Shown: piece by piece, positions 10,034 through 19,622 of the stretch
Layout: each line of letters begins with the position of its first letter
Numbering within the stretch: the stretch's first letter is position 1
From: an uncultured virus (IMG/VR IMGVR_UViG_3300044724_004089)
Lineage: Duplodnaviria; Heunggongvirae; Uroviricota; Caudoviricetes
Strand: one strand, 5' to 3'
IMG/VR virus record: IMGVR_UViG_3300044724_004089
DNA length: 64,000 nt
Translations under genes and position numbers: made by a program
The notes under the pieces: generated by a model
The model's database searches: none
The model's input: the letters and a program-made list of their open reading frames with translations, nothing else
What the model was told of the DNA's origin: nothing

Positions 10034-11164
10034 ATGTCAAAACTATATGATGAAAACGTATTCTCCTACTACCAAGAGAGTAATAGCAAAAATCTGATAA
10101 CAGTAGACAAAGAAACATTATTGAATTTATTAATGATTAAAGATGCTTATATTAATCTAGAGAAAAACTATAATGTAAAAGTAACTAAAGATTTACTTGA
10201 TGTTAATGATATTGCAATAGTAGAAAGCAATAATATTGCTCAAGCATACGGAAATGACCAATCTATTATAAATGAGTATATGAATTTGTTTGCTACACGA
10301 ACTTATAATCCTTTTTATGCATTTCCTCCTGTTGTAGTTTCAACAAAACATATGAAAAATATATTAGTGTTGTATGCTACTTTAGGTGGATTTAAGAGAA
10401 TTAAAGCACTAAAAAGAGCAGTTGAAAAAGGATTGTGTGAAAATAAAATGATACCTGTAATTAAAGTTGATATCGAAGAAACAGATGAAAGAGTGATAAG
10501 AGAAATAGAACTAAAAATTAACAGTGTTGAAAATGCTGAAGATTCAGTTAAGAAGATTGAAAAAACAACTAGAGATATAGATTCTATTGCTAACTCTGTA
10601 AATGCATATATAAGAGAAGTAAAACTTTTAAATCCTAAAGATGATAATATTCCAGAGAGTGTTTATAGAGATTGTTTGTCTATCTTTGAGTATGATCTAC
10701 AAAAAAGTAAATATAGTTTACCAGACATAATAACTAGATGTAGAAGAAATGTTGGGTGTAAAGTTCCAGTTTTAAAAAGCACTTCAGAGATGACTGATTT
10801 GGCAAGAAATTCATCAAATGTTGAAGATTATTGTAGAGAAAATGGTTTTAAAAAACCTCTTATAGTTGCTTACAATAAGAAAAATGGTGCAATTTCCAAT
10901 AAAGATTTACCATTGAAGTATTTGAACTCAAAACTAAAAGCAGAAAAAGAAAACTATGATGCAATTTTTTGTATCGTTCAACATACAGGTGTGACATCAA
11001 AAGTTGCAAATGAACACAAGAAAAAGTATCTTAATTATGAAAATAGTCAAGAAAGCACTAGTAACAACTTTAAACAAGTTGCTAACAGTAATGTGCCTGT
11101 AATTATGGGTGTTTGTTTAGATGATGAAATTACTTTGCAAAGTGAGAATTACAATGCAGAATAG
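10034..11164 (+). CDS. hypothetical protein with ParB/Srx-like domain
   Basis: PPVVV...YATLGGFKRIKAL...IPVIKV...VEN resembles the ParB N-terminal fold; RBS GAAAGGGA favours the ATG at 10034. Confidence 0.45.
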   Translation: MSKLYDENVFSYYQESNSKNLITVDKETLLNLLMIKDAYINLEKNYNVKVTKDLLDVNDIAIVESNNIAQAYGNDQSIINEYMNLFATRTYNPFYAFPPVVVSTKHMKNILVLYATLGGFKRIKALKRAVEKGLCENKMIPVIKVDIEETDERVIREIELKINSVENAEDSVKKIEKTTRDIDSIANSVNAYIREVKLLNPKDDNIPESVYRDCLSIFEYDLQKSKYSLPDIITRCRRNVGCKVPVLKSTSEMTDLARNSSNVEDYCRENGFKKPLIVAYNKKNGAISNKDLPLKYLNSKLKAEKENYDAIFCIVQHTGVTSKVANEHKKKYLNYENSQESTSNNFKQVANSNVPVIMGVCLDDEITLQSENYNAE

Positions 11165-11750
11165 TTTAAATTATTTCAATGCAACAAACCCCAAAGTTAT
11201 AGGATTGTTAATAGATCAAGATAAATCAATAAGAAATAATGTTTTAAAACTTAAATCGGTAAGAAAGACAATGATCTGGAATAAACCATATCGTGATAAG
11301 TGTGTGCAGACAGATGATGTACACGGATTAAGAACAATTTATCACGATATATTCTTTGGTAAAATTAGTGAATGTAAAATATATACAGGTGTTCAAAGTG
11401 TTGCAGATTTAGAAAGTAATAATACAAAATCTACTGGAGAACATATTTTTCCTTCGTTTGGGATGGCACCATATTTTTATGATAATGTAAATAATTGGTC
11501 TGAAGAGAAGTTTTTAAAAAATGCATTACCATTATGTCTTGTTAGTAAAACAACAAGTCAACAAAACACAGATTTATCAAATCAAAAAAATGTTTTGATA
11601 CTAGATAAGTATGAAGTCGCAAATATAGAATGTTATTTTTGTGATGAATACTCTTCTCAAATTGGTTTACCTAAATGTATAAAGGATTTATTACCAATAG
11701 AGTTAATTGAATATGATAGAAAAAATATCAAAAAAGGGGTTGACATTTGA
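11154..11750 (+). CDS. hypothetical protein, possible HNH-like nuclease
   Basis: GEHIFP...LCLV...QN..LSN resembles a His-Me finger (DUF1524-like); overlaps the upstream ORF. Confidence 0.4.
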   Translation: MQNSLNYFNATNPKVIGLLIDQDKSIRNNVLKLKSVRKTMIWNKPYRDKCVQTDDVHGLRTIYHDIFFGKISECKIYTGVQSVADLESNNTKSTGEHIFPSFGMAPYFYDNVNNWSEEKFLKNALPLCLVSKTTSQQNTDLSNQKNVLILDKYEVANIECYFCDEYSSQIGLPKCIKDLLPIELIEYDRKNIKKGVDI

Positions 11751-11773
11751 TAAATAATGTATTATATTATATA

Positions 11774-11833
11774 TGTACGCCTTTTAAGGGTACACTTAAT
11801 AACTTTGCTTAAATTAACAAGGAGGTTTATATG
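11774..11833 (+). promoter_or_regulatory. ROSE-like RNA thermometer in the sHSP 5' UTR
   Basis: 5' hairpin 11774-11794, then CUUUGCUU (11803-11810) pairing with SD AAGGAGG (11819-11825) with a bulged G; promoter TTGACA-17-TATATT at 11740-11768. Confidence 0.6.
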
Positions 11834-12268
11834 ACAAACGCATTAAGTATATTCAATCAATTAAGACCCGTAACAGTAGGATTTGACGATATCTTTGAAG
11901 ACTTTGGAAAGATGTTTGACGAGAATATATTACGAGGTTCTTATAAACAATCTTACCCACCTTATGATATTGTAAAGGTTACCGATAACAAATACAATAT
12001 CCAGATTGCTCTAGCAGGATATTCAAAGAAAGATATTGAGGTAAAGGTAGAAGAAAACACTTTATCTGTTAAATCCATCAGAGAATCATCTGCTGAAAAG
12101 CAAGAAATAATACATCAAGGCATTTCAAAGAGATACTTTGAAAGACATTTCACCATTGCTGATGATGTAGAAGTGTTAGGTGCAGAACTAAAAGATGGTC
12201 TATTGACTGTTTCTTTAGAGAGAATAATACCTGAACACAAAAAAGCAAAGACTATTTTAATTAAATAA
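11831..12268 (+). CDS. hsp20: small heat shock protein (Hsp20/IbpA family)
   Basis: YPPYDI, IALAGY, HQGISKRYFERHF, LKDGLLTVSL alpha-crystallin motifs. Confidence 0.95.
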   Translation: MTNALSIFNQLRPVTVGFDDIFEDFGKMFDENILRGSYKQSYPPYDIVKVTDNKYNIQIALAGYSKKDIEVKVEENTLSVKSIRESSAEKQEIIHQGISKRYFERHFTIADDVEVLGAELKDGLLTVSLERIIPEHKKAKTILIK

Positions 12269-12289
12269 ATAGTCATAAAGGGGTAGTGT

Positions 12290-12979
12290 TTGAGAAATAC
12301 GTTTTACAGATATGTTGACAGAAAAACACTACCCTCATTTTCAAAACCTGATTTTGAAAAGATAGATTTTCGTGTTTGCAAAAGTAATGTTCTTGAAGAC
12401 GGTAAGTCTTTAGGTAATAGTGATGGTAGAATCTACGTCATTGAAAAGAAAAATGGTTTGTATCGTAAACTGTTTGGACCTCTTATAGATTATATAGAAT
12501 CTTTAGGTGATATGACAGTATTGTATATACAATATTTAATCACAGAACCTAATAGTAAAATGATCATACATAATGATAGAGATATGATTTATCAGAATAA
12601 CTCTTGGATAGATGCTGATGCTTGTTCTTTAAATTATTCATACGGAACATTAGACTCGTATTTAGAATTTTTTAAATTAAAATCTGCTCATTATGAAAAA
12701 ATAGAAAGATTTAGATATATACACAACCAAGAGGATTTTGATAAACCTTATTTGTTTGAAGGTATCAGAGAAAAAGATACCAGTTTAGTTGCAGAGGCAA
12801 AATACGATACAAAATATGCAACATTAGTTAATTGTGCAGTTTATCATAGAGCAGTTAACCATTCAAATGTACCAAGATATGTTATACATTTTAGATTAGT
12901 TAGAAAAAGTGATCCCAATATTGACATTAAATTTCGTGAGGCAAAAAAGATATTTAAAAGTCATATAGTTGATATTTAG
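12290..12979 (+). CDS. hypothetical protein, probable 2OG-Fe(II)/cupin oxygenase
   Basis: HxD (IIHND), distal His (YHRAVN) and Arg (PRYVIHFR). Confidence 0.5.
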   Translation: MRNTFYRYVDRKTLPSFSKPDFEKIDFRVCKSNVLEDGKSLGNSDGRIYVIEKKNGLYRKLFGPLIDYIESLGDMTVLYIQYLITEPNSKMIIHNDRDMIYQNNSWIDADACSLNYSYGTLDSYLEFFKLKSAHYEKIERFRYIHNQEDFDKPYLFEGIREKDTSLVAEAKYDTKYATLVNCAVYHRAVNHSNVPRYVIHFRLVRKSDPNIDIKFREAKKIFKSHIVDI

Positions 12980-13019
12980 ACTTGACAAGATACAAATTTT
13001 ATTATATAGTGAGTGAATT

Positions 13020-13292
13020 ATGAAATACAATGAAGATAAAATATTATATGAAGTGATAAGTTACATTAAGTCAACTTATAACCAACACTACTCTGATAGT
13101 GGTAGTGGTTTTCAAATTCAAGACATATTCAAAGAATTAAATATAGGTCGTGAATTTGCTCAAGCAAATGCTATCAAATATGTGTGTCGTTATGGAAAAA
13201 AACACGGTAAGAATAAAATGGATTTATTCAAGGCGATACACTACATTACATTATTATTAAACTATGATAGGAGTGAAGATGAAAGTAAGTAG
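13020..13292 (+). CDS. DUF3310-like conserved phage protein
   Basis: TYNQHY, NAIKY..RYGKK.G...DL.KA.HY motif. Confidence 0.75.
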   Translation: MKYNEDKILYEVISYIKSTYNQHYSDSGSGFQIQDIFKELNIGREFAQANAIKYVCRYGKKHGKNKMDLFKAIHYITLLLNYDRSEDESK

Positions 13293-13947
13293 TCAAACAT
13301 TATCTGTTCTCAAAAACTTTTCTGAAATTAATGAGAACATTTTAGTAAAACCAGGCAGTACAATTAGAACCATATCTACTTTGAAAAATGTGTTAGCACA
13401 AGCAAAAGTAGAAGAGAACTTTGATAAAGAGTTTGGTATATACAAATTACCAGAGTTTCTACGTTCAGTAGAACTGTTTGAAAAACCAGAACTAAACTTT
13501 AATGGTGGTCAGTATGTAACTATTAAAGATGAAAAGTATAAGCAACATATTAAATATTTCTTTGCTGATGAGTCTGTATTAGTGACACCATCAAAGTCAA
13601 TAGAACTACCAGATAGATATGTGACTTTTACATTTACAAAAGAAAAGTTTGAAAGACTAATGAAAGGTGCTAACTCTTTAGCATTACCAGACATAGCATT
13701 AAAAGGTGCTGAAGGTAAAATGACTATTACTGCATCTGACAAAAAGAATACTTCTTCAAATGAATATTCTGTTGAGTTAGGTGAAACTGATAAAAACTTT
13801 GTAGCATATTTTAGAATGGAAAACTTCAAACAAATTGAAGATGACTATGATGTAGCAATCTCACAAAAAGGTATATCACACTTTATAGGTAAAACTAGAC
13901 AAGTGCAGTATTGGATTGCTCTTGAAAATGATAGTGTTTTTAATTAA
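13279..13947 (+). CDS. gp45: sliding clamp gp45
   Basis: TLSVLKNFSEIN, FGIYKLPEFL, YWIALE; precedes gp44 and gp62. Confidence 0.93.
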   Translation: MKVSSQTLSVLKNFSEINENILVKPGSTIRTISTLKNVLAQAKVEENFDKEFGIYKLPEFLRSVELFEKPELNFNGGQYVTIKDEKYKQHIKYFFADESVLVTPSKSIELPDRYVTFTFTKEKFERLMKGANSLALPDIALKGAEGKMTITASDKKNTSSNEYSVELGETDKNFVAYFRMENFKQIEDDYDVAISQKGISHFIGKTRQVQYWIALENDSVFN

Positions 13948-13962
13948 TTTGAGGTTTATATT

Positions 13963-14907
13963 ATGGAAGAATTTTTATGGGTCGAGAAGTATCGACCTAA
14001 AACAATACAGGATTGTATACTAACAAAAGATTTATCAGATACATTCAAAAAGTTTTCTAACAAAGGTGAGATACCAAATCTACTACTATCTGGCACTGCT
14101 GGTACAGGTAAGACCACTGTTGCAAAAGCATTATGTGAAGAAATAAAAGCAGACTACATTGTCATAAATGGTTCTGATGAAGGTAGACAGATTGATACCT
14201 TACGAAACAAGATAAAAGATTTTGCATCTACTGTTTCACTAAATGAAACTGCTAAACACAAAGTCGTTATTATTGATGAGGCAGATTATATGAATCCTGA
14301 ATCTGTTCAACCAGCATTAAGAAACTTTATAGAAACATTTCATAAGAACTGTAGATTTATATTTACTTGTAATTACAAAAACAAAATACTACCTGCTCTG
14401 CATAGTCGTTGCACTGTGGTAGATTTTAGAATTGTAAATGGTCAAAAGAAAATACTTGCAGTAAAACTTATGAACAGATTATTCTTTATCTTGAAGAATG
14501 AAAAGATAGAGTATGATAAGAAAGTATTATCAGAACTTATAATGAAATACTTTCCTGACTTTAGAAGAACTATAAATGAATTGCAAAGATATTCAGTTAG
14601 AGGTAAGATTGATAGTGGCATATTATATAATATGTCAGAAGTTGATATCAAAAATCTAATGGCATCTATCAAAGAAAAAAGATTTAATGATATGCGAAAG
14701 TGGGTGGTTACAAATATTGATAAAGAACCAACTCAACTGTTTAGAACCATATATGATAATCTTGAAAAAAGTTTAGATGCTAAATCTGTTCCTCAAGCAA
14801 TATTAACACTTGCTGGTTATCAATATAAGTCCGCCTTTGTTGCTGATCAAGAAATCAATATGGTTGCTTGTTTAACTGAACTTATGGCAAATTGTAAATT
14901 CAAATGA
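13963..14907 (+). CDS. gp44: clamp loader AAA+ subunit gp44
   Basis: LWVEKYRP, GTAGTGKTT, IIDEAD, SRC, FPDFRR. Confidence 0.96.
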   Translation: MEEFLWVEKYRPKTIQDCILTKDLSDTFKKFSNKGEIPNLLLSGTAGTGKTTVAKALCEEIKADYIVINGSDEGRQIDTLRNKIKDFASTVSLNETAKHKVVIIDEADYMNPESVQPALRNFIETFHKNCRFIFTCNYKNKILPALHSRCTVVDFRIVNGQKKILAVKLMNRLFFILKNEKIEYDKKVLSELIMKYFPDFRRTINELQRYSVRGKIDSGILYNMSEVDIKNLMASIKEKRFNDMRKWVVTNIDKEPTQLFRTIYDNLEKSLDAKSVPQAILTLAGYQYKSAFVADQEINMVACLTELMANCKFK

Positions 14908-15296
14908 GTTATGAATTAAAAGATTATCTCAATGCTATTAATTTTTCAAAGAAGAACTTACTAGACACAGACGATACAGAATGGGAAAAGAAGTATCCAC
15001 CTTTTATAATTAATAAGTGTTTATCTATGCATTATGATACCCTAATGCAGGCAAATGAGATGAATGGGTTTCATTTTCTTCCAAAGAAACTACAATTTAA
15101 TTTTTTCATAAATAGTATCAGAAAGAAAAAAAGATTTGGTGGTAAGTGGTTCAAACCAAGTCAATTGAAAGACTTAGATTATATTAAAGAGTATTATGGT
15201 TATAGTAATGAGAAGGCAAAGACCGCTCTGAGTATATTATCTAAAGAACAAATTGAAACTATTAAGAAAAGATTATATAAAGGTGGGAAAAAATGA
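14904..15296 (+). CDS. gp62: clamp loader small subunit gp62
   Basis: YPPFIINKCLS, ANEMN, YYGYSNEKA; synteny with gp44. Confidence 0.92.
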   Translation: MSYELKDYLNAINFSKKNLLDTDDTEWEKKYPPFIINKCLSMHYDTLMQANEMNGFHFLPKKLQFNFFINSIRKKKRFGGKWFKPSQLKDLDYIKEYYGYSNEKAKTALSILSKEQIETIKKRLYKGGKK

Positions 15297-15724
15297 GTGA
15301 ATTAAGAAGTGAACAGGTGAACTGGACACCTGGCGATATGTTAGAGGTAACAATCAAACAACCAGATGACTTCCTAAAAATAAGAGAAACATTAACAAGA
15401 ATAGGTGTTGCTAGTCGTAAAGATAGAACATTATATCAGTCGTGTCATATTTTACATAAACAAGGTAAATATTTCATAACACATTTTAAAGAACTATTTG
15501 CACTTGATGGTAAACCAGCAAGTCTAGTGAAGAATGATATAGAAAGAAGAAATACGATTGCAACATTACTATCTGATTGGGAACTTATTGAAATAGTAGA
15601 TAACAATAAAATTTCAGAGAAAGCACCATTAAGTCAAATTAAGATATTGCATTTCAAAGAAAAAAACGATTGGAACCTATCTGCTAAATATAACATAGGT
15701 AAAAGTCAAAGTAATGAGGAATAA
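15293..15724 (+). CDS. regA: translational repressor RegA
   Basis: DDFLKIRETLTRIG, LYQSCHILHKQGKY, HFKELF. Confidence 0.96.
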   Translation: MSELRSEQVNWTPGDMLEVTIKQPDDFLKIRETLTRIGVASRKDRTLYQSCHILHKQGKYFITHFKELFALDGKPASLVKNDIERRNTIATLLSDWELIEIVDNNKISEKAPLSQIKILHFKEKNDWNLSAKYNIGKSQSNEE

Positions 15725-17112
15725 TGCACATACCCAAATTCAAAGAGTTTATAGGTGAGGCAAAAGATGAAAGATTATTTTGCAAGATATTAATTATTAC
15801 TGACGAACCTGAAGAGGCAAAAACATTTCATACTGCTGATAGACTAAAACAAGAGGCAGAAAAACTAAAGTTACCATACTATCTGTATAAGTTGTCTGGT
15901 GGTTATATGACCTTTGAAGATGGTATTAGAAGATTACATAATAAAAATGATCCAAAAGGTTTTGAAATAACTTCTGATACTGTCGCAGTTATTCGTGGTT
16001 CTATTACACGAAAAGATAGTTGGATGGATATTGTATCAACTTTAGAAAAAGATGGTATATGTGTTGTTAATTCAAGACAGTGTATTAGTATCTGTGCTGA
16101 TAAGTATAGAACATATTTAAAACTTGCTGACTACAGTATTAATCAACCTAATACTGCATTGATAACAGATGCAGAAAAGTCAAAAGAGGCATTTGAGAAG
16201 TTAGACACAAAATATCCTATCATATTAAAAACATTAAGAGGCAGTAAAGGTGTTGGTGTTTTATTTGTAGAATCAGAAAGAGGTCTTGATAGTTTATGTC
16301 AAGTGCTATACAAACAAGATGAAGATGCTGACCTACTTTTACAAGAGTATATACCTAATGATTATGATGTCAGAGTATTGATATTAGGTGGTAAAGTATT
16401 AGCAAATATGAAACGACCAGTTATCGAAGGAGACTTTAGAAGTAATGTATCACAAGGTTCCGAACCAACAAAGATAGATTTAACTGAAGTTGAAATTACA
16501 GAGTGTTTAAAGGCGGCAAAAGCAGTTGGTGGATTATGGACTGCCGTTGATTTTATACCTAGCAAAAATAGAGAAAAAGAACCACCTTACATATTAGAAG
16601 TAAACTCATCACCTGGTACAGAAGGTATTGAAAAAGCGAGTGGTCAAAATATATCAAAAGAAGTTATTCAGTTTTTTATGAAAGACACTAATAGAATTAA
16701 AGTGCCTGATGCTTGTGGTTTCAAAGAGATTGTAACAATAAAACCATTTGGTGAAATAGTTGCAAAGTTTGATACAGGTAATTCAGGTATGTCTGTGATA
16801 CACGCAGACAAAACAAAAGTCAAGGGTAAAACAATTGCTTGGACTTTAATGGGTAAAACAGTTGTATCACAAATTATAAGAAAAGAAGAAATAAAAGTTG
16901 GTGGTTTAAGAGATTATGAAGAAGATAGATATGTGATAAAGTTAGATATGGAATTTGCTGGTACAGTTTACAAAGACATTTTATTTACAATAGATAATAG
17001 AGAAGACAGAACTCCTATATTATTAGACCGTGAAACAATGAACAAACTAAACGTTATAGTATCACCTAGAAGAAAATATGTAATGACAACTCATTACGAA
17101 CTTGACAAATAA
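15724..17112 (+). CDS. RimK-family ATP-grasp ligase fused to a retropepsin-like (RimK-associated) protease domain
   Basis: GSKGVGV, LLQEYI, DVRV, FRSNVSQG, LEVNSSPG; C-terminal AKFDTG...ILLDR. Confidence 0.85.
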   Translation: MHIPKFKEFIGEAKDERLFCKILIITDEPEEAKTFHTADRLKQEAEKLKLPYYLYKLSGGYMTFEDGIRRLHNKNDPKGFEITSDTVAVIRGSITRKDSWMDIVSTLEKDGICVVNSRQCISICADKYRTYLKLADYSINQPNTALITDAEKSKEAFEKLDTKYPIILKTLRGSKGVGVLFVESERGLDSLCQVLYKQDEDADLLLQEYIPNDYDVRVLILGGKVLANMKRPVIEGDFRSNVSQGSEPTKIDLTEVEITECLKAAKAVGGLWTAVDFIPSKNREKEPPYILEVNSSPGTEGIEKASGQNISKEVIQFFMKDTNRIKVPDACGFKEIVTIKPFGEIVAKFDTGNSGMSVIHADKTKVKGKTIAWTLMGKTVVSQIIRKEEIKVGGLRDYEEDRYVIKLDMEFAGTVYKDILFTIDNREDRTPILLDRETMNKLNVIVSPRRKYVMTTHYELDK

Positions 17113-17130
17113 ATTAAAATAAGATATATT
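17102..17130 (+). promoter_or_regulatory. sigma70-type promoter of gp43 (leaderless-type)
   Basis: TTGACA-17-TATATT; ATG 5 nt downstream. Confidence 0.7.
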
Positions 17131-17135
17131 ACAGT

Positions 17136-19622
17136 ATGAATTTTTACAAGAATGTGATTGTACACAGAGGCAAACTTCTGATTAGAGGTGTGTTGAATGG
17201 TAAAGAGTATCAAGAAAAACTTGACTTCAGTCCCACACTTTATGTATTGTCTAATGAACAAACAGAATACAAAACACTTCAAGGTCAAAACTTAAAACCT
17301 ATACGACTTAATTCTATTGCTGATGCTAAAAGATTTAAGAAAGAAGTAGAAACACAGAACTCACCAATCTTTGGTTTAGATAGATTTCACTATCAGTATA
17401 TTGGTCAAGAATATCCTGGTAGAATAGAATGGTCTAGAGAATACATTAAAATATTTACATTAGATATCGAAACAACTTGTGAGGCAGGTTTTCCTGATGT
17501 TGAAAACCCAACAGAAGAATTAATTTGTATTACAATTAAAAATCAATCTAACAAACAAATAATTACTTGGGGTGTTGGTGACTTCTATCACGATAGAGAT
17601 GATGTGACTTATGTAAAATGTAAAAGTGAAAATGAATTGTTAATGCAGTTTATGATGTTCTGGACCAAAAATTATCCTGACGTAATTTCCGGGTGGAATA
17701 CTAAATTTTTCGATTTACCATATCTAATGAATAGAATAAGACATTTACACGGTGATAAAGTAATCAATAAATTATCGCCTTGGAAACTAATTCAAAGAGA
17801 TGAAATAGAAGTTAGAGGTAAAGTACAAACTGTTTATAACTTGTATGGTATTGTTATGTTAGATTATCTTGATCTATATAGACAATACATACCACAGAAA
17901 CCTGAAAGTTATAAACTAGATCACATTGGTGAAATTGAACTAGGTCAAAATAAAAATGAAAACCCTTACGATACATTTAAAGAGTTTTATGAAAAAGATT
18001 TTCAAAAGTTTGTAGACTACAATATACAAGATGTTGAACTTGTTGATGCTCTTGAAGATAAGTTACGTCTTATAGATTTAGCATTAACTATTGCGTATGA
18101 AAGTAAAGTAAACTATGGTGATATATTTTCACAAGTTAGATTATGGGATACGTTGATTGCAAATCACTTAATGACAAAAAAGATATGTGTTCCACCACGA
18201 GAAGATCAAGTAAAAGAAACAAAGTATGTTGGTGCATATGTAAAAGAACCCAAACCTGGTTTATTTAAATGGGTCGTATCATTCGATATTAATTCTCTAT
18301 ACCCACATATTATTATTCAGTATAATATATCACCAGAAAAAATCATAGGTGCAGAGAAAGGATTGTCTGTAGAAAAAATGTTAGAAGGTAAATCTATGTT
18401 ATCTTATCTAGAAACAGAGGGTGCTTGTATCACCCCAAACGGTGCAAAGTTTAAAACAGATAGTCAAGGTTTCTTACCAGAGATGATGGAAACAATGTAT
18501 CAAGAACGTGTCATATACAAAAATAAAATGCTTGATGCTAAAAAACAAAAAGAAAAAACAAAAGATGTTAAATTAGATAATGAAATATCACGATATCACA
18601 ATATTCAATGGGCGAGAAAGATTGCATTAAATAGTGCTTATGGTGCCATTGGTAATCAATACTTTAGATATTATGATGTAAAACAAGCAAGTGGTATTAC
18701 AACTGCTGGTCAGTTTATTATTCGTTTTATAGAAAATAAAATGAATGAGTATTTAAACAACGTGTTACAAACACAAGGTAAAACTGATTATGTTGTTGCG
18801 TCAGATACCGATAGTATATATGTTGTTTTAGATAAACTTGTAGAGAAAACTTGTCAAGGTAAAACCAATGACCAAATATTAAATTTTTTAAATAAAGTAT
18901 GCGATAGTAAATTAGAACCATACATAGAAAAGTGTTTTGATGAACTAGCAAGATACACTAATGCATACAAAAATGCTATGGTTATGAAACGTGAAGTTAT
19001 ATCCAATAAAGCAATATGGGTTGCAAAGAAAAGATATATGATGAATGTTTTAGATGAAGAGGGTGTTCGTCTTTCTAAACCTAAATTAAAAATTATGGGT
19101 ATTGAGGCAGTAAAATCTTCAACACCTCAAGTGTGTCGTGGTAAAATTAAAGAGGCGATAAACATTATTATGAATAAAGATGAGAGTGCTTTGCAAAACT
19201 TTATTCAAGATTTTAAGCAAGAGTATTTTAAATTATCTGCTGAACAAGTTTCTTTCCCTAGGTCTTGTAATAATCTTAAAAAGTATAGGTCATCTAAAGA
19301 TATTTTTATCAAAGGGTCACCTATTCACGTTAAGGGTGCTTTGATATATAATTATCAAATACAAAAAATGAAATTGCAAAACAAGTATCCTTACATACAA
19401 GAGGGTGATAAGATTAAGTTTGTTAAGTTACTAGAGCAAAATCCATTTAGATTTGATGTTATAAGTTATGTAACTAAATTACCTACAGAATTCAAACTAC
19501 AGAAATGCATTGATTATGAAGTACAATTTCAAAAGACATTTCTTGATCCTATGCGTTTCATACTTGAGGCAATTGGTTGGTCAGCAGAAAAACAAGCAAC
19601 ACTGGAGGATTTTTTTCAATGA
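17136..19622 (+). CDS. gp43: family B DNA polymerase gp43
   Basis: Exonuclease DIET, GWN..FD, YNIQD; polymerase SFDINSLYP, KIALNSAYG, SDTDS. Confidence 0.97.
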   Translation: MNFYKNVIVHRGKLLIRGVLNGKEYQEKLDFSPTLYVLSNEQTEYKTLQGQNLKPIRLNSIADAKRFKKEVETQNSPIFGLDRFHYQYIGQEYPGRIEWSREYIKIFTLDIETTCEAGFPDVENPTEELICITIKNQSNKQIITWGVGDFYHDRDDVTYVKCKSENELLMQFMMFWTKNYPDVISGWNTKFFDLPYLMNRIRHLHGDKVINKLSPWKLIQRDEIEVRGKVQTVYNLYGIVMLDYLDLYRQYIPQKPESYKLDHIGEIELGQNKNENPYDTFKEFYEKDFQKFVDYNIQDVELVDALEDKLRLIDLALTIAYESKVNYGDIFSQVRLWDTLIANHLMTKKICVPPREDQVKETKYVGAYVKEPKPGLFKWVVSFDINSLYPHIIIQYNISPEKIIGAEKGLSVEKMLEGKSMLSYLETEGACITPNGAKFKTDSQGFLPEMMETMYQERVIYKNKMLDAKKQKEKTKDVKLDNEISRYHNIQWARKIALNSAYGAIGNQYFRYYDVKQASGITTAGQFIIRFIENKMNEYLNNVLQTQGKTDYVVASDTDSIYVVLDKLVEKTCQGKTNDQILNFLNKVCDSKLEPYIEKCFDELARYTNAYKNAMVMKREVISNKAIWVAKKRYMMNVLDEEGVRLSKPKLKIMGIEAVKSSTPQVCRGKIKEAINIIMNKDESALQNFIQDFKQEYFKLSAEQVSFPRSCNNLKKYRSSKDIFIKGSPIHVKGALIYNYQIQKMKLQNKYPYIQEGDKIKFVKLLEQNPFRFDVISYVTKLPTEFKLQKCIDYEVQFQKTFLDPMRFILEAIGWSAEKQATLEDFFQ

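Noticed and set aside
17136..19622. Split or intein-containing gp43
   Set aside because: Single 828-aa ORF with continuous motifs and no insertion.
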